A stretch of DNA of 64,000 nt from Phyllosticta citribraziliensis (lineage: Eukaryota): the NCBI RefSeq assembly GCF_038025025.1, contig NW_027117346.1, positions 1,116,001 through 1,180,000 on the forward strand, given 5' to 3'. The notes beneath the pieces are model-generated. The model did not search any database and was not told the DNA's origin. It saw nothing but the letters and a program-made list of their open reading frames with translations. Below, piece after piece: positions 27,200 through 39,859 of the stretch (its first letter is position 1; every line of letters begins with the position of its first letter). A program made the position numbers and the translations under genes.

Positions 27200-29580
27200 A
27201 GCCAAAGTCAATCGAGCGCGTTGCACCATGCGAGAGCGGGGCGGGGCAAGAGCAAGGTATTTAGTGCATTGCTCGAGTCTCGATGGCCTCCCTGCGATGC
27301 GACGCTACCCGTTGGGTGGTCGCCCCAGGAGGCACCGCTACCGCTCGCCCGGGATCGTTGCGGCTGCACCCGCATTCTGCGCTGCTGCAGCCAGACTCGC
27401 CGCGCCGCGCCGACGTGTCCAGTTGGTTGGCGCACATTCTCGGCGCCTTTGCTGCGTGCGGTGCTCAGTCCATCACCCCCTGCTCCGCTCTAGGGGTACG
27501 TGTTTCGGAGCAAGCCAGCAAGCCAGTCAGCGATGGCTGCATGACGTCGAGCGGTCGAGGGAGATGGAACTCGAGTCCATGTTGACGACGTCGTCGTTCT
27601 CGTCGCACCACAGCTGTGACTAGCCCCTCTGCTACCACCCAACTTCTCCACCCGATGCGCTGCGATGCGATGCGCAGCCCAACTCAGCGGCGCCCGACAC
27701 GCTGGTACGTCGCGACCGAGCGTGTGGGAGCCCGCAGCTTTGGGGCGTCACTCGCAGTGTTGATTGGATTGGCACGTCGTTCTTATCGCAAGCCGCATGG
27801 TAGTTAGAGATGCCGTGGCAACGTTGGGCCCAGTCTTTCAATCACGACAGATGTACATGTATACATGGAGACGAACAGAGACGGACAGACGAGAAAGGCA
27901 TACGATCAGAAATGTAGACTGTGAGACCGTCCAATGAGAACATGGCGATGATGCGATCAATCTCTCTGCAATCCGCCGCCTGCGTGAACCAAGTCTAGAT
28001 ATGTTTCATCACCGCAGTGGAAGAGGAATTTCGCCAGAGGCTTGGAAAAACGCTCTTGTCTGAATGTGGCGGAGCTCGGATTTGAGTTATCCAATTTTTC
28101 CCCCTTTCAACTTGTATGTACGTAAACGTCTCTCTGCGAGCTTCATAGTTGGGCGAATGCTCCTTGACACGTCATGTAGTTAGCCACGTAGTTATGCACG
28201 CAATCAGATAGAAGCAAAGAAGGAAAACAAATGATGGACTGTAATTCATCAACTCTCCTCTCCGTCAGTCAGTCAGACCATGCATGCCGTTAATGATACT
28301 ATGCCATGCTTGCTTGCTTGCTTGCTTGCACTGCGCCAACAATGACCGCATGCCTCCTCCATGATGCGAGGTGGGTTGCTACCATACCAACCCAACCCCC
28401 CAGGGCATGCCCATCACCAGATCCTGCTGCCCCTAGAGCACACCCAAGTCCCCCAAACCGCCATCCCAAATACCAGAACAGTAAACAGACAACACAACAA
28501 TACAAACAACGCGCGACTGGCAGACCGGGCCAGCCAGTCAACCGATTCGAGCAGCAAACAAACTAACAACCAACCAACCAAACCAAGCCAAATCAAAAGG
28601 ATGTGCTAGAGGTAAAGCCGCGAGCGAGACGCAAAGCACAGCGAGCAACGATTTGTTGCGCGTAAAGTCGTCAAACCACAGATTTGAGTCCTTGACTCGC
28701 TTTCTTGCCGCCTCCTCTCCACTCACAGGTACTAACCCCAGTCAGCCACCCCCAGCGAGCTAGTCAGTCGGTCGGGTGAGAGCCAGCCAACGATCTGGCC
28801 AAGTAGTGCAGTGCGTTGGCTGACATGGCTCAGCGCTGCTCCGCCCAGACGACCCGTCCCGTGCCGTCCATGGCAGCCCATTCCCTCGGGTACGCAACGC
28901 CCCGGCAAGGTTTCAGATTCAGCGGCAAGCCGTCAGCTTTTTGAAAAAAAAATAACTCCAGCGATTTAGAGTTTGGATTGAAGCGCTGGCGGGATGACGC
29001 GGGGCGGGGCGGAGCGGGGCGGGACCATGGCTTTCCCGGCGCTTTTTTTTCTTCGTCTGATCTATTGCCGACGGCAGGGCGTAAAGGTGAGGCTACGCGC
29101 ATAAGGGAATCTTCCTTGCCGCCTCCAAACTGAGCGGAAGAAGTGAGGCGGTCTCATCCTCAGCGTGTGTGAGGGGACCTTTGACTCGGCTTTCATCGTC
29201 GCAGATGTCAAGCGAGAAAGGCCGAGTGTCCAACTGCCAAAGAGAACAAGTCGTAGCTCCTGCAGGAATTGTGTCCTCAGCAGAATCTCCATTCTCCACG
29301 AAATCTCTGTTCCCCACAGCGCAGCTTCTGCCATCCCAGGCGGACTTCGCGCAACGGCCCACTGTAATACCGCAGAGCGGTCCAATATTCCAACAAGATG
29401 CATGTCTGTTGCATTCGGGTATCCCAAGACAAACAACAACGCAATTGAAAAGAAAAGAAGAGCAGTCGTAATGTCGTAACCAAAGCCTTTCTTCCTCTTG
29501 AGCAGGTTCCAAGGCCTGCGGCGGCAATCGCTTGTCAACATGTCGAATTCCATTCATCGAGCAAAAATCCACCCCCCGGC

Positions 29581-31276
29581 TCACGGTGATTGCTCTGAAA
29601 AGTAGCGCTTACTCCTGTTCCGCACCGCCATGGCCTTGGGATCCTGCGGAAGGTTGGTGTGGTGAACAACATGCGGCCGGTACACGGCATCGACCGGCGG
29701 CATCCAATCATCTAGACCAAGAGGAAAGTACTCGTAGAGCAGGTCGGCGCTCTCGTCGGGACTGCTAATCAGGTTGAGGGAAAATGACGGCGTTCGCGGT
29801 GTCGGCTGGCTCAGCTTAGGAAGCTTCTTATGAGCTTCGGAGACCGAGTCGGGCTTCTTGGCTACCTCTTCGGTGAGGGACAAGGCAATAGGCTGTGGCA
29901 AAGCTGGCCGTTGCCGCGCGCCATGATTGTGACGTGAGACTTCTGGGCTGGACTGTGCGTAGGGTGGACCGGATTGCATGCCGTATGACGGAGGGGCGGG
30001 GGGAATGGCAGTCATGGGGCCGTTTTGCGCTGTGGGTATTTTCCATTCGAAAAAGTCGGGGGACACCAGGGTGTCGTTAGGGTCGAAATGGAAAGGCATC
30101 TGCGGGATTTCAACAGTCGTGGCTTGCGAAGCTTCGCGCTTGTGGCCGTGGCCATGGTTTGAATCGCCAGTAGAGGCCCTTGTCGTTGGCTGTGCAGGAG
30201 TGTGTGGTTTCCGAGCTGTGCTGCCGCTCCCGCTGATCGGAAAGTCTTTTCGAGACTGAAAGTTTCTCGGGCTGCGTCCTCTCACTATGATGGCGCCAGA
30301 CTGCACTTCACAGATTGGCGCGCGTACTCCTGATGCCAACGTGGCCATGAGCTTGAGTCTGACGACAAAATGCTGTTGGAGCTCCTTCCGGCGGCCGTTG
30401 TTGGCCGTTGCAATTCGGAACTGCAGCCTCTTCCATGCGATGGGAAAGCTGACATATTCAGAATCTAGCTCCTGACCGTTGGCCATGTCTAGGGGTATCG
30501 AAGGCGGCTCTTTTTCAGTCTTGTCTTCAACAAGCTGTGTGCTGCCTGCCGGGGTTTTCCATGGCACCGAAATGATCTTCACCGGGTTGCCTTCGACTGA
30601 CTCAGTTGCTGAAATGACCAATTCTTGCGCCAAAATTGGGACTTGCTCTCCCTGCTCGGTGATGATGTAGTTCAAGCCGCGCGGCAAAGTGATGGTTCCT
30701 GTCACCTGGAACAGGTTGCGCCGGTAGCACGTCAGCTCGGTGGGTGGCGGGTTGCCATTGTCGCCCGAAGCCCACGGCGACTCTGCGAGAAAGAACATGC
30801 CGCGCAACTGCGCGACGAGCGAAATGGTGTTGCGGCGGCAAGCATAGTCGAGCAGCGGGTACGGCAGTGTCGGAGCGGAGAAGCCGAGCAACTTGTTATC
30901 GCGGTCGACCGAGTCGGCTTCGGCAACGACCGAGTCGGCGTGAGTTGGGTGCTCAAAGGCACTGAACGTGTCGGAAAAAGGGTCTTCGTAGGCGGCGCTA
31001 GCAAAGGATCGCAAGGGGGCCTGCTGGTGGGGCGGCAGGGGGTGGTGAGTATAGGTCGCATCCTCGCTCCTGAGGGAGACGGATTAGCATGGTTTTGGGA
31101 TGGCGCGGGCCGTGACAGGTCGCGTACCCAGCAAAAGTTTCGGCGTCGAAATTGGAGTGGCGGTCGAGGTTATCCAGCGGCAACATGGGCGCGTCGAGGG
31201 CGTCTTGGGCGGTTACGTTGGACAGTTGCATTGGCGCAGCGAGATAGGACATGGTGATGGTGTCGAAGCCGTCCAT
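29581..31276 (-). CDS. RON1: NDT80/PhoG-family transcription factor (RON1-like)
   Basis: ELTCYRRNLFQV, WKRLQFRIATANNGRRKELQQHF, IIVRGRSPRNF. Intron 31127-31070. Embedded in the GlcNAc cluster. Confidence 0.9.
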
Positions 31277-31853
31277 GTCTGCTGTCGTGGTGCAGGCGGG
31301 CGCAAGGCGCGCTCATTCGGGCAGGGCGAGAGAGCAAATGGCGTGGGCATACGGGAGATGGGGGAGCGGGCGAGGGAGATGGCGAGAGCGAGGTGAGCGA
31401 GAGGAGAGGAGAGGAGATAGATGGAAGATGGAGGTCAAAGTGAAGAGCAGCCGTTGGCCTGGGCTGGGCGGGCAGCCGGGGTGGAGTCTGGAGAAGCTTG
31501 ACTAAACCTGGAGGCCACGGCCACGGCCACGGACGGCCTAACTGCCTGGCCTGCCCTGCCCTGCCCTGCACAGTACAACAACTCACCACACCACGGCTGA
31601 TCTAAGATTGGAAGCCTGTGTATTCTGTGCCACGGCGGCCGCTCCCCTTGCGGTCACACGCAGCCGCCGACGTCTGAAGCTGATGAGGCACGATAACCAC
31701 CCACGATCGAGAGTCCCAAGGGTCCCAAGGGTCCATCCCAAGCCCTCTACGCAAGGGCTTCCTCGACTCCGTCTCCGACTCCGACTCCTCATCCACCTCC
31801 ACCTCCACCCCCACGTCCCGTCTAGGTACCTCTCCACTCCACGCCTGACCGCC

Positions 31854-34800
31854 TCACGACGGTGGCACCATGGTCCACGTCGCCGCATCGCAGCTGACTT
31901 CCTCAAAGTTATGCAGCACATCGAAGCCCATGGATGACAGCCCGTCAATGTTGCCGTCGCCGTCAATCTGCGCCCGTCAGTCCTGTAGCCTTGCTGCAAG
32001 GGAGCCGCGCTTACATAGTCGAGGATGCACGCGTTGCACGCCTGCTGTTTGAACTGCCGCATCCCCAGCAAAATCAGCCCCTGCAGCAGCGTCGAATACT
32101 CGCCCACTGCGGGCGAGATGACCGGTGACGAAATCCCTCCCGTCATCTCGCCCGTGTCCTTCATGGCCGGCACAAATTCTGCCAGGCTCGAGTCCATGTT
32201 GTAGAGTACCACGGTCCCCACCAGCGCCCCGTCCTCGGATCTCTTGGCTCGGATGACGCCACACGCCCCTGGGTCTGCAAGCGCGAGCTTGTACACTTCG
32301 GCCAAGCCTTGCCGGTTGCTTGTCTTGATGTGGTCCAGCACCGCCTGCGAATACTCCCACCCATACACCAGATCAAACTCGACCCCGGCGCTGCCCAGGC
32401 TCTTGGCCATTCCCTCGGGCGGCGTCCAAGTCGATAGATTGCGAGCCACCATGCTGCACACCGGCCTAGACAGAGCCGTGTTCCACCCAATATTAGCAAA
32501 CCACGCCCGTAGTCGTTTTCGCTCCGCGCCGTGCCCAGTCGGGATGCCGAGGAAGATGCTCGGTAGCCTGGAGCCGAGCTGAAATCGCTTGATTCCTTCA
32601 CGTTGGAGGAGCGTCCGAATGGCGCGGTTGTGCAGCGAGTGACCAATCGAAAGCTTTCGTCTTGCTGGGTCCACGAATAGTGCGCCTATTACTCCTGTTC
32701 CCGTCGCCCTGAAAAAGTAGGTCGAACAAAACCCGTATAGTGCCTGCGTCGTGCTATTCCTGACGACAAAGTGCGACTCGATGACTTCTGGATGGTGTAG
32801 CAAAAATGAATTCGAAGTGGCGCTGGCGAGCTCTGACCGTTGATTCGGTGGCATGCTCTCGGTAATGGCCTTGATCAAATTATCCAGCGCATTGGCGTCT
32901 CTTTCGTCGTTGAATATTTCCACGAGCCAATGCTGCCGCGACTGGTGCAGTTTCTGACTTTGGCTGATTGTACCAGGCAGCGTGCCTGAGGGGTTGTGCT
33001 CTCCGTAGAGAATCTTGACAAGGGAATTAAGTGCCGTCTCTGTAAAGTCATATGTACAAATGTAGGTGCCAATCAATGGGTCCATGGCAAAGTCGTAGGG
33101 AGAGCTCACCGCCACGACGATGAGCGGCTTCTCTCTTCGTTCGCCTCCAGCCGTGTACTGCATGTTGCAAATCATGGAGACGTGTTTGGTGAAGCCTTGC
33201 TGGTACAGATTGCGGTTCGCATCGGCAGTGAGAATTATGATGGCGCTCGCCCTGTTGATCAAGTTTTCGTGCACTGGCCGGACACCGTTAGCTGTGTATG
33301 AAGTATGAAGGACTCGCCCGTTGCGCTGCCGCGCCAAAGATCTGCCAAGTTCGCGGAAGACGCGCTCTCCGCTCATGACAGAAGCACTCCGTTCCCAGAC
33401 GGCTGGCTCCGGTGAACCGGCCGATACCGTTTCTGACAAGGCATATGAGGCTGCCGATGCAGGAAGTGGTTTTACCAGGGGTGTAAGTAGAAGAAGCTCT
33501 TCGTCAGGCTCGATAATGTTGGACAGGGGCAGAAAGCGGTTCTTATCCCGAACGACGGTAATGGACTTGTTGTACGCCTTGGTGGACAGAGCAGTGTGGG
33601 AAGGTTGCATTGTCGAGAGGATACTTATGCCGGGAGGATTCAGCGCCTTTTCCCAAGACGTGCACTTTGACTTCATGGTCAAAACCCGGCGAAGCGACTC
33701 TCTTACCCTGTCAATGGTAATGGCAGAGTTTTCGAAGCCGACCTTGAGGCCATCGATTGCTTCTTTCTGGACAGAAAATGAGCGGCACAGCAGCACAATG
33801 TCGCAGCCGGCATTGACAGCCATGACGGTTCCACCACCGACGCCAATGTTGTGGCTCAGTGCCTCCATTTCCAGGCACTCGGAGACGACGACGCCCTCAA
33901 ACTTGAGGTCTGAGCGCAGTAGACCTTCGACGACTTGGTCGGAGAGGCAGGCATGCATAATGTTGAGACCGGCAGAGGACATGGCACATCCTCCAACCAT
34001 CATCGAGTCCAGTCCTTGGGAAATGGCATTACGGAAGGGAACGAGGGCACTCAAGCTAAGCTGCTCGAGCGTTTCTGTAATGATGGGGACGTCGAGCGCG
34101 GAGCCCAGAAACTCCAAATTGCCATACGAGGGGAAGTGCTTGCCCATGGTGACGAGGCCGGCCTCTTTGTAGCCCTTCATGAAGGCTACGCCGTAGGCCG
34201 AGACCTCTTGCGGGTCATCACCAGTGGTTCTGACTCCTAGAGGTTGATTTCGCGCATTGGTTAAGACGTCAAGGCAGGGGCCCATGATCCAATTGATGCC
34301 GCAGGCCGAGATCTCCTGGGCGGTGGCCTTGGCCACTTCAAAGGCCAGATCCGTAGAGCCGGTAGCGGCAATGCCCATGGCGCTGGGATACTGACGAATG
34401 TAGATTTCGTCAAAGAGGCTGTTGACGCCTCCATTCTCCTGGTCCACGCCAATGGCTAGCGGGACCGGGTGGCCGGCGTCGCGGGCACATTTCTGCAGTT
34501 CATAACACAATCTGGTGGTTTCTTCTGCGGCTTTGAAGGTTTAGCAACCATGCGCTGCTACGCTGGCCTGGCGGCAGACAGGGCCCATCTTACATTTAAG
34601 GTTTTTTGCCGTCAAAAGAATCGAGCCGATGTGATGCTGCTCTATCAGTTGGCGGATCTGCGGGGTGACTGTGGTCCCATCGAAGCCCATCATAAACAAT
34701 TGGCCCTGTACGATGCGGCGTCAGAGGTACATTGCGAGCTCGCCATGGCCTGAGCAGACATACCAGGGTCCTGCGAGCCAACGTCAACAATCCGGGCCGT

Positions 34801-34880
34801 CACATGGCGAGGCGTGGATGGGGCTCTTACCAGTCCAAATTGTCCCAAAAGGGATCGAGGTGGGCCTGCTTGCCGACCAT
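31854..34880 (-). CDS. NGS1: GH3 beta-N-acetylglucosaminidase-like + GNAT fusion (Ngs1/Nag3 GlcNAc sensor)
   Basis: IGVDQENGGV, KHFP, AVNAGCD and VAVSSPYD followed by GNAT VDPARRKLSIGHSL. Introns 34830-34771, 34763-34706, 34593-34531 and 32014-31968. TGA at 31856-31854. Confidence 0.9.
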
Positions 34881-35384
34881 GGTGGTGGTGGTCGTCGGCG
34901 ACGAATGACAGGGAGCGTCTTGCTCAGATGCGGAGCCTCTCACTGCGACGTCGAGTAAGTAGTATTGAGCATGTCTGCAACGTGAGGACTGGACGGTCGG
35001 CGGTCGCTATGTAACACCAGTCATCCCTTGCCCTCTGCGACTGTAATGGCGAAGGACGGGCGTAACAAGCTGACAGTCGTCGACGTTACATCTGCCGCCG
35101 GGCCCGCCGTCCCTCTCGGCTTCGACCGCCAATGCCCGCCCAAACCTCAACCACGTTACCCCGTCCAACTTTCGTCCCTGCGATAAGCTCCATTGCGACC
35201 ATGACCATGACGTTTGACGCCCCATGTGCCGTCCTCGCGCTGCGACGCTGCTCCGCAGCTTGTGAAGGGGAAAAGTTTGTGCAATTTGCCAGTCAAATCA
35301 TGTTTTCCTGTCCTTGAGCCGTTTTTGCCTTCTCTTCGCTCTGCATCCAATCTTCTTGTCCTTCAGTCAACATTTTCTCCCATC

Positions 35385-36806
35385 ATGCCGTCGGCGATTC
35401 CCATCTCTCCCGTCCGCGAACCTAGCGGCATCACCAAATTCACAAACTGCCGCGTCGTCCGGGACAATGCCCTGGTGTACGACGACCTGTGGTTCAGCTC
35501 CGTAGCCGGCAAAGTCCTCCACAGCCAACAAGTATTCTACGAGCACCAGTTGGTGCCAGACGAGGTCATCGACCTAGGCGGCCGTATCGTGGCACCAGGC
35601 TTCATCGACGTGCAGCTCAATGGAGGCTTCGGCTTTGACTTTTCGGTCGTCCCAGACGACATTTCCCACTACGCCAAAGGCGTACGGCGCGTCAACAGGA
35701 GTCTGATTCGCACAGGCGTCACATCCTATCTTCCAACTCTGACCAGCCAGGACAAAAACGTCTACCACAAGGTCAGCTAAACTCCCAGCTCACCACACAA
35801 AAAAGAAGGACGCCGGCGCTGACACTGGAGATCAAATCAGGCACTCCCCTTTCTCGGACCCTCGGGCTCGCGACGCAACGCAGCCGATGGCTCAGAATCT
35901 CTTGGTGCGCACTGCGAAGGGCCATTCCTGAACCCGACCAAAAACGGTGTACACAGTGTTTCGGTCCTGCGAACAGCACCCCGAGGCATGGCCGATCTTG
36001 AAGAGTGCTATGGCGCCGAAAACATGCAAGGTGGAGGCGACACCAACACGCGCGGTCAAATCCGGCTCATCACGCTCGCGCCCGAGTTGCCCGGCACGCT
36101 GTCTTGCATTCCAGCGCTACGGGCCCGCGGCATCGATGTATCAATCGGACACTCGGAAGCGACCTTTGAAGAGGCCAGCGCGGCCATCTCGTCCGGCGCA
36201 GCCATGATAACGCACCTCTTTAACGCCATGCGACCCCTGCACCACCGTAACCCAGGCATCTTCGGGGTCCTCGGGACAGCAGCGACAACGACGCAGACGA
36301 AGCCATTCTTTGGGCTCATTGCCGACGGGATCCACCTGCATCCGACCACGGTCAAAATAGCGTGGCAAGCGCACCCGGCGGGCATGGTGCTGGTGACAGA
36401 CGCCATGGCGCTGGCGGGGCTGGGCGACGGCGTCTACGACTGGACCAATGGGTCGCGCATCATCAAGCGTGGGTCGGTCCTCACTCAGCAGGAAACCGGC
36501 CGCATCGCCGGCAGCGCCGTCTCGCTCATCGAGTGCGTCAACAACTTCCTCAACTGGTCTGGCGCCAGCGTCCCCGAGGCTATCGGCGCGGTTACTCGCA
36601 CTCCCGCCCGCATGCTTGGCCTCCAGCACACCAAGGGCTCGTTGCTACCCGGTGCCGACGCCGACTTTGTCGTTCTGAGCGAGGACGCGATGCCGGGTGC
36701 CGAGGGCGAGGGCCCGGTGCGCAGATTGAATGTCGATCAGGTGTGGAAGTTTGGCAGGCGCGCGTTTGACGTTGCCGACGAGGAGGAAGAAGTCGCGACG
36801 AAGTAG
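35385..36806 (+). CDS. DAC1: N-acetylglucosamine-6-phosphate deacetylase (NagA)
   Basis: [50 protein letters not shown]. Intron 35772-35840. Confidence 0.95.
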
Positions 36807-37470
36807 ACTCGCAAGGTGAGACAACAAACGATGTTATGAATGCTGATCGGGTTAGATTGTAGCATCGCTTTACTTTCTCTGCAGCTTTCCCCTTTCCCCT
36901 TTCTTCCACTGCGGCGACGCATTTTACCTTAGATTTCACATTACAACATGGGCTGTAGCGCTGTGCACTACGCAATAGAACTATCAAGGCACAGAGTAGA
37001 CATGTATCTGTATTACGGGCGTCGTAGATGCGCTTAGGGGTGACGTGGGATTCCTATCCTGATCCAGGGACGGTTTATTTAGAACATATCTTAGTAATCG
37101 GCTATGGCTTTGCCTTGGGAGCATTCATTCACGACCACGGCTGCGCTGAAGGAGCTGTTGTCAACTCCAGGCACCAGATCTCCGCATCCAGTCACATTTC
37201 CGCCTCTCTTTCCTCATACAGTCGAGCCCCTTTGTATAAGTCCATTCCGCGAGTCTAATACTTCATCCACAGCAAAAGAGACGCGAATCATCTGGCCGGT
37301 CCGCGGCGCGCTCTCCCACCCATGTTTTGAGATTCTCTTTTGTCCTAATTAGGAAATGCTGCGGTCGTGCGTTCGAGTACGAGTTGCTTCAGATGTTGCC
37401 TGCTAAGGCGTCGCTTTTCCATTCTTTTTAGATGGGCATTGCTATGCGATATGCTGAATTGAGGTCACAT

Positions 37471-37836
37471 CCTAGGGACCAGTCGTGAGCACACCATCAT
37501 AGTTCTGTCTTGGGGGCATTCGTTCATGGCCACGGCTGCACTGGAGGAGCAGTCATGAACTGTCACAGTTGTGTTCAGGGAGCATTCATGTACAGTATAC
37601 CACTGGAGCATTCAAGGAGCAGTCATGAATCACTACAGTACAGATGTGTTCAGGGAGCATTCATCCGCATCTACGGTCGCGCTCAAGGAGCAGTCATTCA
37701 TAACTGCTGGTGCGTTCAGGGAGCAGTCATCAACCATTACAGCTATGTTTAGGGAGCAGTCATAAACCGCTACAGAACAGCCATGTTCAGGGAGCATTCA
37801 CTCGCACCTACGGCCGCACTTAGGGAGCAGTCATTG
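37471..37836. repeat. Degenerate direct-repeat array: 11 copies of core RGGAGCAKTCA at 33-38-nt spacing
   Basis: Cores start at about 37475, 37512, 37545, 37578, 37615, 37653, 37686, 37719, 37752, 37790 and 37823. An outlying dimer lies at about 37117-37160. Confidence 0.85.
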
Positions 37837-38169
37837 ATCAGCCACGAAGGCTAGGTAATGGTGGTCTTGTTCAAAAATATCATCTAGGTAGGACAAAGAT
37901 GGGACAAAGGAAGACGACCAGAAAGACAAGACGGATATCTCTTGCACAATAGCGCTTGCGATACGAGAGCTCGCTGTAACTAAGCATGCCGTCAGCCAGC
38001 TTAAACGCTCCATCTAACAAATGAATCAAAATTCCAAACAAAAGAAAAAGTTGGAAAGTCCAAGCCATCCATCTTCGTCTATGCAAACCATGACGCGTTC
38101 ACCTTCTTCTCGCTTCTCCTGTATCCAGAGTCTACATTGGCAACACCGCCAGGACACACGTGGTAGTCT

Positions 38170-39859
38170 TTACAGTTTCGACTTCTCCTTGGGGCCTGAT
38201 AATGGGTCGTAGACGTTGAGGGCAAGAGTGTCGGACGGCACGCCCGCACTGTGGAAGCTTAGGCCGCGCGTATCGAGCAGGCTGGGGTTGAGCTGGTCGA
38301 CGCTAGACGCGCCGATGAGGCGCATGTTCATTTCCATTTCGTCCTGTATGCGAGGAAGGCGGTTAGTTGAAGTTACCCAAGAAAAGCAGGATGTCGACAG
38401 GAAAGTAGAGAGAACGAAAAGTGAGAATCTTGACTTGCCTTGAGCAGCTGCATGGCGCGGTCCACGCCCGCGAGGCCGTACGCAGACATGGCGTAGAGGA
38501 ACGGACGACCGATGCCAACGCCCTTTGCGCCGAGACACAGAGCCTTGATGATGTCGGTAGCGCGGCGGATACCACCGTCAATGTAAACTTCGATGCGCTT
38601 GTCCCAGCCGCGCTCGCGCAGGACAGGCATGACCTCGGCGAGCACCTCGACGCCGGAACGCGCGAAGTCGAGCTGGCGGCCGCCGTGGTTGCTCAACACG
38701 ACGCCCTGCACGCCGTATTCGACAGCCTTGAGCACGTCCTCGACGCACTGCACGCCCTTGAGGATGATGGGCATCGACGTGATGGATTTGAACCATGCAA
38801 TGTCCTTCCAGCTCAGGCTAGGGTCGATGAAGGACGATATGGCACGCGCGGCCCCCTGCGAGCGATCCACGTTGTCGCCTGTTGAGCTCTGCACGTTGGA
38901 TCCCACGTCGTCGAACTTGGACCGCATGTCCTTCTCGCGGCGGCCCAGCTGTGGCGCATCGACTGTGATAAACAGCCCCTTGCACCCGCGCTTCTCGGCG
39001 TGCTCTACGATGCGTTTGGTGATTTTGCGGTCCTTGTTGACGTAGAGCTGCAGCCATTGCACTTGTCCTTCGCCCGCCGCGTCAACGATTTCGTCGAACG
39101 AACACGACGCCAGCGTCGGAATCATCTGGATTACGTTGTGCTTGTGAGCGCCTCTCGTCAGGACGACTTCGCCTTCGGGGTTGCCGAGTTTGCCCAGTGC
39201 AGTTGCTGTCACGTAAAAGGGAATAGAGACTGGTGTTCCGAGCATGGTGGTTGAGAAGTCAACCTTTTCTACGTCGACGAGAACGCGTGGACGGAACCAG
39301 ATTTTGTGGAAAGCAGAGTGGTTTTCACGGAGTGTCTGGGCAAGTTAGCATACCAGCTTACCCTTTGAATGTATGGAGGTTGGGGGTTTGAGCTCCATGA
39401 CCGCGGGCTTCTTACAATCTCATCGTCTGCACCACTTGAGTAATATGCCCATGCAGTCTTCTTCATTGTCTTCCTGGCCACGGCCTCAAAGTCCATCAGG
39501 TTGTAGCATTGCTCCAGTATGGGCATGGTCTTTAACCTCTCCTGACGTTCCCTCTCTTCTGGATCATCTGCCTTCTCTTCCTGCTCCACTGTGTTCATGT
39601 CCACCTCACCCAAATGCTTATCCGCCTCCAAGTACTTGTCCAGCGTGTCCGGAGGGTGGATCGGCTCGAATTCCTCGGTGGCGTCCTTGCCCGCATACTT
39701 GAGGATAATCTTGGAGCCACCAGGGTGTTCAGGGAGAAATTCGGTTACATCGTATGCTCGGCCGTGGACAATGACCCAGCAGCTGTCGGCGGAATCGTGT
39801 TTGGCCACATCGGCGCCGGTCAGCTTTACCGGCTGCGTGGCGTTGCCCTTGCGATTCAT
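38170..39859 (-). CDS. Flavocytochrome b2 / L-2-hydroxy-acid dehydrogenase (cytochrome b5 + FMN domain) ending in SKL
   Basis: b5 motif FLPEHPGG; FMN domain AYYSSGADDE, TVDAPQLGRRE, LSNHGGRQLD, DGGIRR. Introns 39415-39336 and 38438-38344 (GC-AG). Confidence 0.92.

Noticed and set aside
35276..35281. CACAAA (Ndt80/MSE-like) site in the NGS1-DAC1 divergent promoter
   Set aside because: A single 6-mer is expected by chance, and I saw no matching site in the NAG1-NGT1 promoter.
37471..37836. CRISPR-like reading of the repeat array
   Set aside because: The core is short and degenerate, the linkers resemble one another, the context is eukaryotic and no cas genes are present.
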